From: Amoebidium appalachense
Taxonomy: Eukaryota > Protista > Ichthyosporea
NCBI GenBank assembly: GCA_963693365.1
Contig: CAVNZM010000009.1
Location: forward strand, 9,343,408-9,407,407
Reading direction: 5' to 3'
Length of the DNA stretch: 64,000 nucleotides
A program made the position numbers and the translations under genes. Numbering within the stretch: position 1 is the first letter of the stretch; the number at the start of each line of letters is the position of its first letter. The notes below the pieces were generated by a model. It did no database searches and had not been told where the DNA came from. It saw only the letters and a list, made by a program, of their open reading frames with translations. Below are positions 30,863-44,320 of the stretch, piece after piece.

Positions 30863-33084
30863 GAACACACACTTGGACTCGCGATAACAAACACACCTAC
30901 ACACACACGTACACACGGGCTCACACACAAAAGCACACACACACACACACACACACACCCTTTCCACATACATCCCCTTCCTTCCTCTCCCTTTCTCCCC
31001 CACTCCCCCCCCCCCCCCCCTTCCCCTCTCCCCTCCCCCCCTCCAGGCCCTTCATCTGCTGCCCCCTCCCCCCCCCCCCCCCCCCGCTCCCCCCCACCCC
31101 CCTTTTTCTGCACGCACATCTCAATGGTTTCCAGCAGCGCCTCCTCCCCCCCCCCCCCCTCCCTCCCCTCTCTCACACACGGCTATGTACACAGCACCCG
31201 TACACACACACACACACACACACGAGAGAGAGAGAGAGAGAGACAGACAACTTTATTATACCTGTACATTCCATTTACTGACCGATACTCTTGCTATGCA
31301 GCTGTTCAAGTTGCCGCCTTTGAAGCCCCTCCGTGCAGCCCTACACCCACTCATCGAAGAACAGATGAAAAACTACAACGTAAAGGGTGGAAACGACAGG
31401 GGGGGAAGGCGAAAACGCCAGAAATTGGAAGATAAAACGGAGGAGGAAAAGTTAAAAGCGCTCGAACGGGAACACATCAACTCGACACAACTCCGCGCCC
31501 TTCGGTTGAAGAGATTGGAACAGCTGAACGAGGAGGGAGAGGATGAGGTTTTGCGAATTCCAGATGGCGTGGCGATTACGGACGGGTCGATTTTCGCTGG
31601 CAAAAACACCGGAAAGTTGTCAATTACCGGTTCTGCGGCTGCGAGCGAAGGGGAAAAAGACGTGGAAATTGAGGATGGATCCGGGAGCGAAGATGAAGAT
31701 GAAGAGGGAGAGAAGAAGGAAAAAGAGTTGCGCAACCCAATTGCGTGCTATATTTGCAAGAAACCATTCACCAAACTACATTTTTTCTACGACCAACTAT
31801 GTCCAGAATGTGCGGAATTCAATTTTATGAAGCGAGATGAGATTGCAGATATGAAGGGAATGGTGTGCCTGGTGACGGGTGCGAGGGTTAAGATTGGGTT
31901 CCGCTGTGCCCTTAAACTGCTGAGGTGTGGGGCCATGGTCATTGCCACCAGTCGGTTCCCGGCTGATACGGCTACGAGATTCGCGGCTGAGCCTGACTTT
32001 GAGAAGTTTAAGGTGTGTTTTTTCCCCCTTCAATATGCCCCCCCCACCCCACCCCCCCTTTTTTTTTGGATGGGGGAGAAAGGGACGGGGGAGAGGGGGG
32101 AGGGGGGAAGGGGTGTAAGGTTTAGGTGGGTTGTGTGTGTTTGAAAGGTGGAGTTGGGTGTGGTGTGTGTAGTGATGGTGGTGGTGGTGGTGGTGACTGT
32201 GGTGTGAGTTTGTGTGTGTTTTTTTTTTTTGGGGGGGGGGGGGGGGGGTGTAGGTATGTGGAGCAGGATGTGTGGTCGTGTGTCGGCATGCATTTGTGCG
32301 TTTGCCCGTGTGTGCACATGTGTAGGTGCCATTATGGCATTTTGAAAGTTAGCAGTGCAGGTCACGCAGTTGGGATTAAAGGGGGGGGCAAAAAGCGAGG
32401 AAGCGTATGTGTGTATGTGTGTGGGTGGGTGGGTAGGGGGTCCGGGAGGAGGGGGGGGGGGGGGGGGGGGGGATACGGGGATGGGTGATGCTCGAGGGGG
32501 AGGGGGGGGGGGGGAGGAGAGAATCGGTTTAGTGAAGGTCAAGAGTAACATATGAAAGGTGGGCAGCATGCTTGGAAGGATTGGATGAGGTGGGGAAGGG
32601 GGGGGGGGGGGATGGGAGGGGGGAGGGGGGGGGGGGGGGGGAAGGGAGAGGTTTGGCGAAGGAGGCATGCTTAAGTGTGTTGATTCTTCTTTAAGGTGTA
32701 GTACGGTATAGGCTAGATTAGTGTGGGTGTGGTGGTGAGTACGTGGTATGGAAGCCAGGGTGTGTAAGAAGGGGTAGATGACGTGATGTGGTTCAGTGTT
32801 TCATTGTGCATGCGATTAGGGTGGTGATGGTGGTGGTGGTGGCCAGGATAGCAGTGGTGTTTTTTGGGGGAGGAGGGGGGGGGTGGGGGGGGGAGTGGTG
32901 GTTCATGTGGAAGGAGGATAGTTTTGCAGGTTTTGTTCCGCACACACACACTTATGCAACCCCCCCCCCCTCCCCCCACAGTGATCCTCCCCGGCTCACA
33001 TGCCACACGCAACACACAATCAGGCACGCACACATACACACACAAAAACACACACACATCATACACACACACATACAACCCCCC

Positions 33085-33115
<31 letters not shown>

Positions 33116-33883
33116 ATACAATATTGGCTGCACACCTACGGCATTGATTATCGTGACTTTGGTGCTTGTGAGGGTCTGTGCACACAATACACACACACAC
33201 GCACACCCCCCCCCCCCCCCCCCCCCCCCCACACACACACACAGTCGCGTCTGCACATCTACGGCATTGATTTCCGTGACCTTGGTGCGCTTGAGGGTCT
33301 GTGCCTGTGGATCAGCAACACCTACTCCCGCCTGGATGTGATCATCAACAATGCATGCCAGACCGTCAGAAGACCCGCACAGTACTACACACACCTCATA
33401 GAGCAGGTATGGATGACAACCCCCCAACCCCCCCCCCCCCCCCCCCCCCCCCCGCCTTCTCCCCCCGTCCCCCTGCTCCTTGAAACACAACACGCACACA
33501 CACACCCCTCATAGACATGATGCGAATAAGAGTCTCTCCCTCTAGAAACACCCGTCCTCCCCCCTCCCCTCCCCCTTCCACTCCCCTCCACACATACAGG
33601 TCATAGCACGTATCTGAGTGGTTCTTCTGCCCAACTGCCAGGAAGAGCGCATCCCCCCCCCCCCCCCCCCCCCATCAACCTTCCCCCCTCCCCCCCTCTC
33701 CGCCTTTTTGCTCTTTGCTCCGCTCAACAGTTCTATTGAAGTCTGGGTTGTGGGGCTTTCCTGTATGCTAACACCACTTTCCCACCCCTTCTGGCACACG
33801 CAGAAGCACGTGATTCTGTCCCTACCATACCCCATACGAACTGCCTGCCTATACATGCGTGCACGTTTGCAATCACACACACA

Positions 33884-33931
<48 letters not shown>

Positions 33932-34846
33932 AGCGTCAGATCGAGCAGGGTGGCATCAGCAACGAGATCCGAGCCCTTCTTGGCCCATACCTCAACGCCC
34001 GTGAGGCCCAAAAAGCGGCACATCGTGCTCTACCCAGCTCCAAAAAAAGCGCCAGTGGTGATGCTGAGCCTATAAATAGCAGTGGGCCAAGCGATGAACA
34101 GCCCAATGCTGAGGCCCAGATTGAGGAGCTAGCCGAGGGATATGAGGATGAGAAGGATGCCGGGTTGGGGTTGGTGGCTGCGGCTGCAAAGCCTGGTATG
34201 TACACGTGCGCATGTGCATAACACGCACAGGCACACACAAGCACGTATATGCACACACACACAGAGAGAATCAAATAGATGTATGGTACATGCACACACA
34301 CGCAACGGGTACACGAACACTTGCAAATACGGGCACACAATCAAGCGCATGCACATGCACATATACTCTCTCTCAGACATACACACATGCACACATGCAT
34401 ACACCCACATGCACACACCCATATAACATACACACATCCACACACACACACACACACACACACGTGGGGGCACCCCCCCGTCATGTGCACACTTTCGTCC
34501 ACATAGACAAAGGTCACCCCTGCCAGCACACACTACCACACACAGACGTACATACATAGGGTTAAACAATTTTGCTGCATCCCATTACACGCACACACAC
34601 ACACACACACAACCCACACACAAACACGCACATGCACACATGCACACCCACGCACACCGTATTGTAAGGTACCCACGCACCTGCACACACATCAGATACA
34701 CAATCTTGCCTTTTTCTGCGCATCTTCTCAATCAATGAAACACATCATCTGAGGAGAGTGAGTGTTACATTCAACTGGGGTATGTTGTCCCCCCTTGTCC
34801 TTGCCAATCCTTACCATAACCCCCCCCCCCCCCCCCCCCCCCCTGC

Positions 34847-34910
<64 letters not shown>

Positions 34911-35644
34911 ACTCGCGCGTGCGCGCACGCACGCACACACACATGCACGCGCACACACACATACATACACGGAACACGTACACACACACCCACACGTGCA
35001 CACAACACACACACACGCACGTACAGGTGCTGCAGGTACCGGACACAGTGCACCAGACCTCAGCCAGGTCTTGGTGACGTCAGAGGATGCCCAGACGATG
35101 GGCAATACGATGCTGTTTCCTACCGGCACACTGGATGTCAACGCACAGCAGGTATTAGCCTTATTTGGTTATGGAGGGAGGGATATGATTTGTAGAATTG
35201 GGGTTCTGGTTGTGCTCTGGATGTGAATGCGTGGATGGCAAGGAGTTAAACCAACCACCGCATCTCCATTTTAGACAAAATCGAGGTTGATCCGATCGAG
35301 GGTTCCAAATTGCCCTTGCACCGCCTAAGAAATTATCGAACTTATGAAGCGATCGAGGGGGTGACGTCATTCTGGGCACACTTTGACGTCTGGGAAAGTG
35401 TGCCCAGAATGACGTCACTCCCTCGATTGCTTGATAAGTTCGATGATTTCGAAGGCGGCGCCAGGGCAATTTGGAATCCTCGTTCGGATCCGCCTCGATT
35501 TTGTCTAAAATGGGAGATGCGGTGGTTGGTTTAAATCTTTTTTTTTGTGGTGAGGAAGGGCATGTGTTTGGGCTTTACAATAAAGTGAACCCCATTTACT
35601 CCAACATTTGTTGCAAAATTCTGAGGCGGGAGGCAAGGGGGGCT

Positions 35645-35691
<47 letters not shown>

Positions 35692-35929
35692 AACGATACG
35701 TTACTGCAATCCGGGAAAAAGAAAGAATGTTTCATCGGATGTTTAAATGTTTACAATATTTTTGTCAGGTTATATATCAACAATTGTTGTTAAGCGATTT
35801 TCAAACAGTATGTTTATTTTTATTGTGGTTTCAACTCGTGGGTTGGCTTGCCGTGTGATGATGATGGTTGCTTTAACATCACATCCATCCCCCTACTCCA
35901 CACACACGCACACGCACACACACACACGC

Positions 35930-35967
<38 letters not shown>

Positions 35968-36179
35968 GTGCACACGCACGCACACACTCACACACACTCA
36001 CACTCACACACACACACACACACACACACACGTACAGGTTGATCTGCGCAAGACCAACAGCTGGCTGCTCCGCCTAGACGAAGTGTCTACCCCCGAACTT
36101 GCCGAGGTCTTTGCCATCAACGCAATGGCCCCCTTCATTCTCAATGCTAGGCTCAAGCCCCTCATGTGCAAGTACGTGC

Positions 36180-36238
<59 letters not shown>

Positions 36239-36789
36239 GATGATGGGCTCTGTTCAAGTGCCTTCTGCCTGCACATTTACATTGTTTGATTTCGGGTTTC
36301 GCATTTTTGTGACGTTTTGTTGTTGTCCTCTGATGTTTCCTCCATATTTCCAACCCTCTAGCGGATACATCCTCCCCCCCCCCCCCCCCCCCCCCCCTCC
36401 TCCTCCCCTCTCCACATGATGCGTACGCTTTGTGTGCTCCTTTTCTGTACAACCTGCTCTGTGCTTTCCGTCGTGAATTGAGTACTTCGTAATGTGTAAC
36501 ACGACCTAAATCTCCCCATCCCTTCCCCTTTTCCTCTTCTCCGGCCGGGTCCAATGGATGATTTAAATCTTCTCTGAAGAAGCTCTGTGTTGCATTCCAA
36601 CCCGCCCGCCCCCCCCCCCCCCCCCCCCCCCCTTCCCACCTCATCCCCCACACCCTCAGTGCTTTGTGGAAAGGGAAGGGGGCGGGGGGAGAGGGGGGAG
36701 GGAGGGGGTGGGGGGGGGGAGCAGGTATCATTTTTTATGTTTTCCTTGTCTTTCTCGTCGTGAAATAGTGTATGCTCCGTGCCGCGTAG

Positions 36790-36830
<41 letters not shown>

Positions 36831-37994
36831 CCCCTCCCTCACCCACCGATCCCCCACACATACTCAAGACACACTCTCTCTGTCTCTACAATCTGGCCGA
36901 CTTTCTCTTAGCATTGCTGCCGAGTCTGTTTAGATGTGTGTCCTTGGATGGATGGCTTCTTGCCTTGTTTTGGAGGAGGGCCTAATACAGATCAGTTGTC
37001 ACTTCGGGATTTGGAATTTTACTAATCGGGTCGGGTCAGGAGTGGAGACGGGCCCAAGTTCATAGTCAATGTGAGTGCTATGGAGGGCAAGTTCTACCGC
37101 TATAAGAACGACACCCACCCTCACACCAATATGGCCAAGGCCGCACTCAACATGATGACTAGGACCAGTGCACAGGTGCGCGGACGAGTGGGTGGGGGTG
37201 GGGTGGGGGGAGGGGGATATAGGCCGCGTTCACACTGGGCGGATATGATAGGCCAGGGACATTTGCAAGATTCCCAGGATAGGCCGAAATCGATATCCCA
37301 GTGTTCACACTGGACGCGCAAATATGCCAGGTCGGATGTCATGTCAGCGCCGCGCGCTGAGCCGCGCCGGCGGCGGCGCTAAGAGCAAAACGCTCAAAAA
37401 AACTTCTTTGCGTTGTTTCTAAAAGAAATTTTTTTTGACTTATGCAAAATAATTTTTTTACAGCGGTTTATTTAATATACATAAAGGAACTTTTTATGTA
37501 TATTCTTATAAAGTAAGACTTACAAAGTGCCGGCGCGGCACATATCCCATTTGCATATAAAATAGACCTACCCCCAATCACCCGGCTAATTAATATCCCA
37601 ACTGGCATATTTAATTAACCAAAAAAGGAAATTCGCCATATCATATCCTGCCAGTGTGAACAGCGATATGGGGTATTTGAAATATCGCGATCGGATATTT
37701 GTTACCATATATGGCAAGTGCCATATCATATCCCGCCAGTGTGAACGTGGCCATAAAGGGATGGGTGGGTGGGTGGATAGGGATGGGTGGGTGGATGGGT
37801 GAGTAGGGGTGAAAGGGAGGGGGGGGGGGGGGGGGGGGGGGAGGAGAGAAACAGAGAGATAGGGTGTGTGTGTGTGGTGTGTTTGTGGAGGGGGGGAGGG
37901 GGGGGGGGGGGGGTTGCATACATTAGTTAATGTGTAAGCAACCTGCAATTTTCGATGTTTGCGTGTTTGTGTGTGTGTGTTGGGGGGGGGGGGG

Positions 37995-38042
<48 letters not shown>

Positions 38043-38221
38043 CGCAGCTGGGGTGTTGTGTTGGCATGTAGAGAAGAATTCTATGCTGGTGAATTGCACG
38101 GCCAGTGGATGACTATTGATGGCACCGGTGCGAGGGGGTGTGGGCAGGGGCAGTGTTTTCTTTTTTTTATTTTGTTGTTTGTGTATGTATTTTTTTTTCG
38201 CTTTTTTTTTTATCATTTTAA

Positions 38222-38267
<46 letters not shown>

Positions 38268-38544
38268 CAACAGGCAAACTAATCATATGAACACACAGGA
38301 CTACAAGAAGAGCAACATCTACATGACGGCAGTAGATACCGGCTGGATAAACGACGAAAAACCCCTGGAAAAAGCCGTTGCGCACGAGAAAAAACACAAT
38401 TTCCAGACCCCCCTGGACGAGGTGGATGCGGCTGCACGTGTGTTGGACCCCGTCATTGCCCCACTTAAGGCACGAGAGGATAGGCTACCATTTGACCCCC
38501 CCTGGGGATTTTTCCTGAAAGATTTCATGAAGTGCGAGTGGTAA
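29970..38544 (+). CDS. Short-chain dehydrogenase/reductase with an N-terminal CxxC...CxxC module (8 exons)
   Basis: Exons 29970-30272, 31302-32012, 33245-33406, 33931-34195, 35027-35151, 36038-36171, 37040-37175 and 38299-38544 have GT-AG boundaries and consistent phases. Motifs: CYICK...[57 protein letters not shown]. Confidence 0.93.
35250..35530. mobile_element. 281-bp fold-back MITE with TTAA target duplication (piggyBac/Kolobok-type target) in an SDR intron
   Basis: TTAA-ACCAACCACCGCATCTCC...GGAGATGCGGTGGTTGGT-TTAA. The two halves are complementary almost to the centre (CTGGGCACACTTT / AAAGTGTGCCCAG). Confidence 0.88.
37222..37752. mobile_element. PIF/Harbinger-like MITE with 3-bp ATA target duplication
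   Basis: ATA-GGCCGCGTTCACACTGG...CCAGTGTGAACGTGGCC-ATA, with internal repeats of GTTCACACTGG/CCAGTGTGAAC. Confidence 0.85.
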
Positions 38545-38883
38545 ACGTAGGGTGGGTGATGTGGGTTGGGTGTAGAGTGCACATGTGGTGTGTCACCGCC
38601 ACATGTTTACGTATTTGAGGGGTGTAGTGATGGTGGCAGGAAGTGACAGGGCTGCGATCGGAATATTGCGGCTCTGGACGCCATCATTTTTTCCGATTTC
38701 TTCAAGATTTTATTTTATTTATTGTTGTTGTTGTAGTTGTGCACGCGCGCATGTGTGTGTGTGTGCGTGTGCGTGTGTGTGTGTGTGTGTGTATGTGCTT
38801 TTTTTTTTTTTTTTTTTTTTTTTTTTGCGCTTTTTGCTTTTTTTTTTTTTTTTTTGGGGGGGGGGGAGGGGGGGGGGGGGGGG

Positions 38884-38995
38884 GGGGATTTTGGCACAAT
38901 AATTGAATGCTTCATACGAGTAGTGGTGGGAACAAAGAGGGGGATCTTGGCACAACAATTGAATGCTTCATACGAGTAGTGGTGGGAACAAAGAG
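38884..38995. repeat. 56-bp tandem duplication downstream of the SDR gene
   Basis: ggggatYttggcacaaYaattgaatgcttcatacgagtagtggtgggaacaaagag x2. Confidence 0.9.
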
Positions 38996-40244
38996 CCGCT
39001 AGCTGTAGTAATAATATCTTTTACACGGATGTGACGAACAACAGACAGAGGGCGTGATGCTTTTGGAATCTTTCTTCTATAGTCCCTTGTTGCTTGGTTT
39101 GGTTGGTTATCCTTGGAATGTTGGACATGTGCGTCTAATATAGTATATCTCAGGCATACTTTTTCCTTTGTGATGTCAAGGATGTGCATATCAATAAACA
39201 TAACCAGTGACTTTGATGCGTGCACATGCATGTAACGGGGTGATCATTTGAGTGCTGAGTGTTCCACCCCCAACTTTTTCAACCACAAGCTTCGTACATA
39301 TCGAGATAAATGACGCCACGTATTTAATAGTCTAGAGCACGGACCCATACACATACACATGTGCTATTACCTGCTGTGACTGGCACATGAAGCCATCTAC
39401 AAACGGGCCATTTTCCAACCTGTTTGCACCGACCAAATGCCTGCCCATGAACCATTGGGTATCACCCTTCAGAGCCGAGCATGATACTGATTTTGCCTAT
39501 TGCCAGCTAGGGCAAGAAGGGGAAAATAAAATAATAAAATGTCAACAGATACATTTATCACTACATATATAGCCTGAGTTTGCAATTGGAGCTATTGCGA
39601 TGGTGTGTCACCTGTGACCAAATGAACGCCAAACCCAATCTTTAGGTTTCCAGAGTCATCGCGAGGAGCTGTCGAAGTTGAACATCTGTGATTGTAATTA
39701 GTTAATCGTGGGGGTACGTGCACTCCCGGACAGCGTCACACGTGCGCATTAAACTGCACACACAAACACATCGTTTGAAAGCCAATTACACAAATATGCA
39801 CCAACCACTTGTGTGCTTCCGTAAGCGACATTTGCACCAGTGCTCCAAGACGTCGCTGGTGCAACAGTTGATACACACACACGTGCACATACAGACCCAC
39901 AACAACACACGCACACACACAATCGTATACACAGAGCGACAGCTACATGCACACACCCACAAGCGCGCATGCGCGCACACTCGTTGCGCACACGTGCACG
40001 CTGTGCAACACACACACACACACACAGAAGCAACCACCGACAAACATTTTTATATATATATACACATACGGTTTGGGGCAAGCCATACCACACGCTAAGT
40101 TTATTAAAATATTGGATTGTCGGACATGCATGCTCCTCCCCCACCCCCCCCCCCCCCCCCTCCACCCCCGCCTGCCCGCCCTCCCCCCCCCCCCCCCCCC
40201 CTTCCTCCCCCGCCCAATACCTCAAACATGTAAACACACACACA

Positions 40245-40375
40245 CAGTAGCGAAATTTAGCGCCGCCGGCTAAGATTGCTATGGTATATGACGTCACGCC
40301 AATTTGCTACCAGTAAGAAATCAGTAAACATATCGTAGCAATCTTAGCCGACGGCGGCTAAATTCTGCTAGTCTG
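40245..40375. mobile_element. Small (~130 bp) MITE-like inverted-repeat element
   Basis: TAGCGAAATTTAGCGCCGCCGGCTAAGATTGCTA and TAGCAATCTTAGCCGACGGCGGCTAAATTCTGCTA form an imperfect ~35-bp inverted repeat. Confidence 0.65.
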
Positions 40376-41337
40376 ACCGGGTACGTAGTCTGTTTTGAAC
40401 CCTTGCTCCTTAACCTTCATGCTCATGCAACGATCTTTTACTAAATGACCCACAAATGGTTTCTAGTGAGACGGACTGTGATTTTGTGGTTGCATTTGCC
40501 CCCCCCCCCCCCCCCCCCCCCCCCTTCTCCGGGCCCCCTCTACGCTGCAAACCGCAACCCTCGTCCTACTCCCTCCTCCTGTTCCCAGACATGTGGTCGG
40601 TGCGGTATCATGAAGGGGACAACTACATTCGTCGGTTCACTCCTCATTTTTTTTTGTGCATGATTTGATTTTATGATTCCCATAAGCCAATATTCCTACC
40701 TTTGTTAGTTTTATAAAACTTTTTTTTGGCGCGCAAAAAACTTCCCGCCAAAATTTCTATATTGGCTAATCGTGCGATAACCGTGCGGCAAATTATTGCT
40801 CCGAACATTGTTTTTTTTTAGATTGCGATATTCCTACTTTTGTTCCTACTTTTTTTTGTGTTTTATTCATACTTTTTGTTAGTTCTAAAAAGTTAAAGGC
40901 TTTAGACCGATGAAAGGAGAAATAATCACTTTGGGATCATAGACTAGCACAAAGAAAATCTAAACCTGGAGAGTACAGAGAGGAAGGAGGGACGAGCGGG
41001 CGGGCGGGCGGGCGGGCGGGCGGGCGGGCGGGGGGGCGGGGGGGGCTGGCGGGGGGGCGGGGGGCGGGGGGACGGGTGGGAGGGGGGGCAAGGGGGCGGA
41101 AGCGGGCCAAGGGGGAGAAGGGGGGGGGGGGGGGGAGGGGGTAAGGAGGGAGGGAGGGGGGGGGGGGGGGAAGGGGCTTTGCACAAGGATAAACATCGAT
41201 TAGGGCTGGAGGCGCCTCCTAATCGGGATATTTTGGGACATTTTTCAATCCCTCTGGACTGGGTGATGAAGCTGTGCGTGCGTGCGTGTGTGCATGTGCG
41301 TGTGTGTGTGCGAGTGCGTGCATACGTGCGTGCGTGC

Positions 41338-41382
<45 letters not shown>

Positions 41383-42114
41383 CGCATGTGTGTGTGCATG
41401 CGTGCGTGCGTGCCGGCGTGGATGCATGTGCATCTTCTTTAGGGAAGAGGCGAGGGGCCGGGGCCCGAGGCGGTTGAGGGCGGGGGAGGGGGGGGGGAGG
41501 GGGGGGGGGGGGGGGGAAGGGGGGATTTCCAAACAAAACAAAACGTCGAAAACAACGTCGGAGCTTCCATGTTGTGCACACAATGTCATGAACTCGCCTG
41601 TGATTCGATTTTAAGGAGCAATATTTATTGTATATTATCACTGCTAAATGCTTAGGATTTAAGGTCACGGTAAACACCAAATATTGTTAGATTTTATAAT
41701 TACATATTCGCAAATCATTCATGAGGCGACAGTCCGTGGCTGGTGACATAAGCCATAACAACTGTTCCCATTATTCAATAATAACAAGCATATAATACGA
41801 GCAATGGCATATGTGGTGTCGCACAACTGAATGCTGCATTCCTTTACCTATAAATCTGGCACAGTGATATTACGGTACTGCGCATGCAGGTACCGTAGCG
41901 AGTACATACTCTGAGTGTGGACACTTTACATACATAGTTGTGTATTTGCAGCCCGAGCTAATATAACACACAAAGACTCGTACACATGTAAGTTGTCTTA
42001 TAAGTAGTCGCAACAATCCACCAGCATATGAAAAAAAACGAATTCGAAGTACATAATATAGATAGTGATATTGACGTTCGCATGCATCCCAGCAATATCA
42101 TAGTAGTAAACGTA

Positions 42115-42519
42115 TCATGCAGCTTGTGAAACAGCAGCAGCGTGATGAGCACCCCACCTCTTCATATGGCACACAATTGTAGCCACAGTGCCCTCAGCCA
42201 TCTCTGCCGCAACAGCAGCATCCTTCTCGTCCTTCAACATCAGTGCCATAGTCAACTTCCCACCCAGTTCGCTGAAACGCCTTGCAGCAGGTAGCGAAAT
42301 CCCCTCCGCCTGAAGTTGTTTTTCGATATTTGCACTCACTCTGCGTGCAACATCAAGCGCGTGTGCGGGCTTTTCAAACTGCCCATCCCATCCGGCGCAG
42401 GTGCTTTGTGTGGTTGCAAGGAGCTCATCGGTGCATTTGTCAATCTCCCAGAAAACGGCCTCTGGGTCGTGTGAGATGACGTCTTCCATCTCTTGGCGGA
42501 GGAGCGTGCAGACAGCCAT
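42115..42519 (-). CDS. Intronless hypothetical protein (134 aa, predicted alpha-helical)
   Basis: Complex, non-repetitive ORF MAVCTLLRQEMEDVISHDPEAVFWEIDKC...HHAAAVSQAA*, with an A-rich context (acaacaaaaATG) and TATA-like elements upstream on the minus strand (~42625, ~42750). No family recognised. Confidence 0.55.
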   Translation of the reverse strand: MAVCTLLRQEMEDVISHDPEAVFWEIDKCTDELLATTQSTCAGWDGQFEKPAHALDVARRVSANIEKQLQAEGISLPAARRFSELGGKLTMALMLKDEKDAAVAAEMAEGTVATIVCHMKRWGAHHAAAVSQAA

Positions 42520-42972
42520 TTTTGTTGTTGACGTGAGAGTGCACGTATGCACGTGATGAAGGAAAAGATAAAAAGTAAGGTATACAGTAGAGGTAAGAAA
42601 TTTTTGAGGGAAGAATGCATATGCCTTATAAATTTGAAAAGGCGATATTATATTCCTCCTTTTTCGTTGTAAATGACTGCACAAATGCTTGGGTACTTCG
42701 TTGGGTCATCGGAAGTTGTGTGAACGAGGACTCCGGCTTTTCGAGCTTTATATACCATGGACTGGTCGTGATGAGCCAATCACCTTGCGGACTGGTCGTG
42801 ATGAACCAATCAACACATTCGGTTTGGCCGCAGTCTTAGGATACCACTGGATTGCTTATAATCCAATCGAAGTGTTCTCTTCTTGCTGTTTCGAATAGTT
42901 CCGATGTTTCCTAGTCACTCTGAGTGCTGTCTCCCTGCGGCCTCTTCTTCTATAGCTAAGATCTTCTTTTTT

Positions 42973-43017
<45 letters not shown>

Positions 43018-43773
43018 GCCTATGTTGCCGTCACTAGTAAATGTTCGAACGTGACGTCACGGAATTTATTCATTTAATTTTTGGTTAGTTCATATATACG
43101 CAAACTTGTCAAGAGTAGTTAACAAAAGACTAAAGAAAAAACATGATTTGTCTGCCCAGACATTTTTAACACGATAATTTTCATGCTTAAAAATTGTTGC
43201 GGTCATCTAATTAATGAATACAGATTATGAAATAGATCGTGGATCACCGAGCGATTTGATTCGTGAATACAGCTTCATAGACCCGACGCGAGACATCCCG
43301 CAGCGTAGTAATAAGGCCCGGCATGGCACAAGTAAGGGTATCCACTTACGTAAGCCAACGGGCAACATGGCACAAGTATGGGTACATATCTAATGTAGGA
43401 CTATCAGTACACTCTATATTGGAGGGTTTTCATTGGGGAGCCACTTTCATCCAATCCATCCAGGCATAGCCTAGGAGACAGCAATACCCAAACTCGAACA
43501 GCTAATCAGTGTTCAACAGATCCCCCCACTTTTAAATTCCGCTGTAGCTGGTTAGTATAGAATCGCGGTGCGCTTAGCGGTTAGCTACAGATCGATAAAA
43601 ACAGAATGCCGATAAGTAAACAGCCAATCAAACGTATCGTGTTTAGCAACATAATTCCGGGGGTAACCATTGGGTCGCAGTCTGTCGCAGTTTCATCGCC
43701 ATCTGTCGCATAATCTTACTAACGTCATCGGTTCCATGCGGGGTACGATCAGGATCGCTCTCGAGGAGAATAT

Positions 43774-44320
43774 TGGTTCGATTCGTGTGAAAAGCCAGAT
43801 TGCCAGATTGCCAGAATGCCAGAATTTTGATGGCATTCCAGAAAGGCTAGATTTCGGTCCGGTTCTTGTAGAGCTAAAATCTAGCTTTTTGGGTCAAGAA
43901 GGCACTTGCCATTTTGCGCGGTAATAGAATATCTTGGCTTATCTTAATGAACAATAATAGTTTTGAAATATTATTTAAATAATTTTTATTTTGTTAAATG
44001 GGCATTTATTACCAAGTTTTATGCATTTTTGAAAAGCTATACTAATAAGGCAAAACGCCTAGGATTGGATACGAACTTTATATGGTGCTGGCGTGGCCAA
44101 TCGTAAGGCGCAGGGTCAATCTGGCAATCTGGAAGGGGGGGGGGGGGGGGGGGGGGGTCGCCAGATTCTGGAATCTGGAAGAGGGGTCAAATTGAATCTG
44201 GCCTTAAAATTTTGTTTAAATTTTACGTTCCGATTCGATTGATCGACGAATAACCATTTTTGGCGAGGAGGTTTTTAATCTGGCAATCTGGCAATCTGGC
44301 TTTTGACACGAATCGAACCA
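43774..44320. mobile_element. MITE-like element with ~35-bp terminal inverted repeats and internal GCCAGATT motifs
   Basis: TGGTTCGATTCGTGTGAAAAGCCAGATTGCCAGATT ... AATCTGGCAATCTGGCTTTTGACACGAATCGAACCA. Confidence 0.8.
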
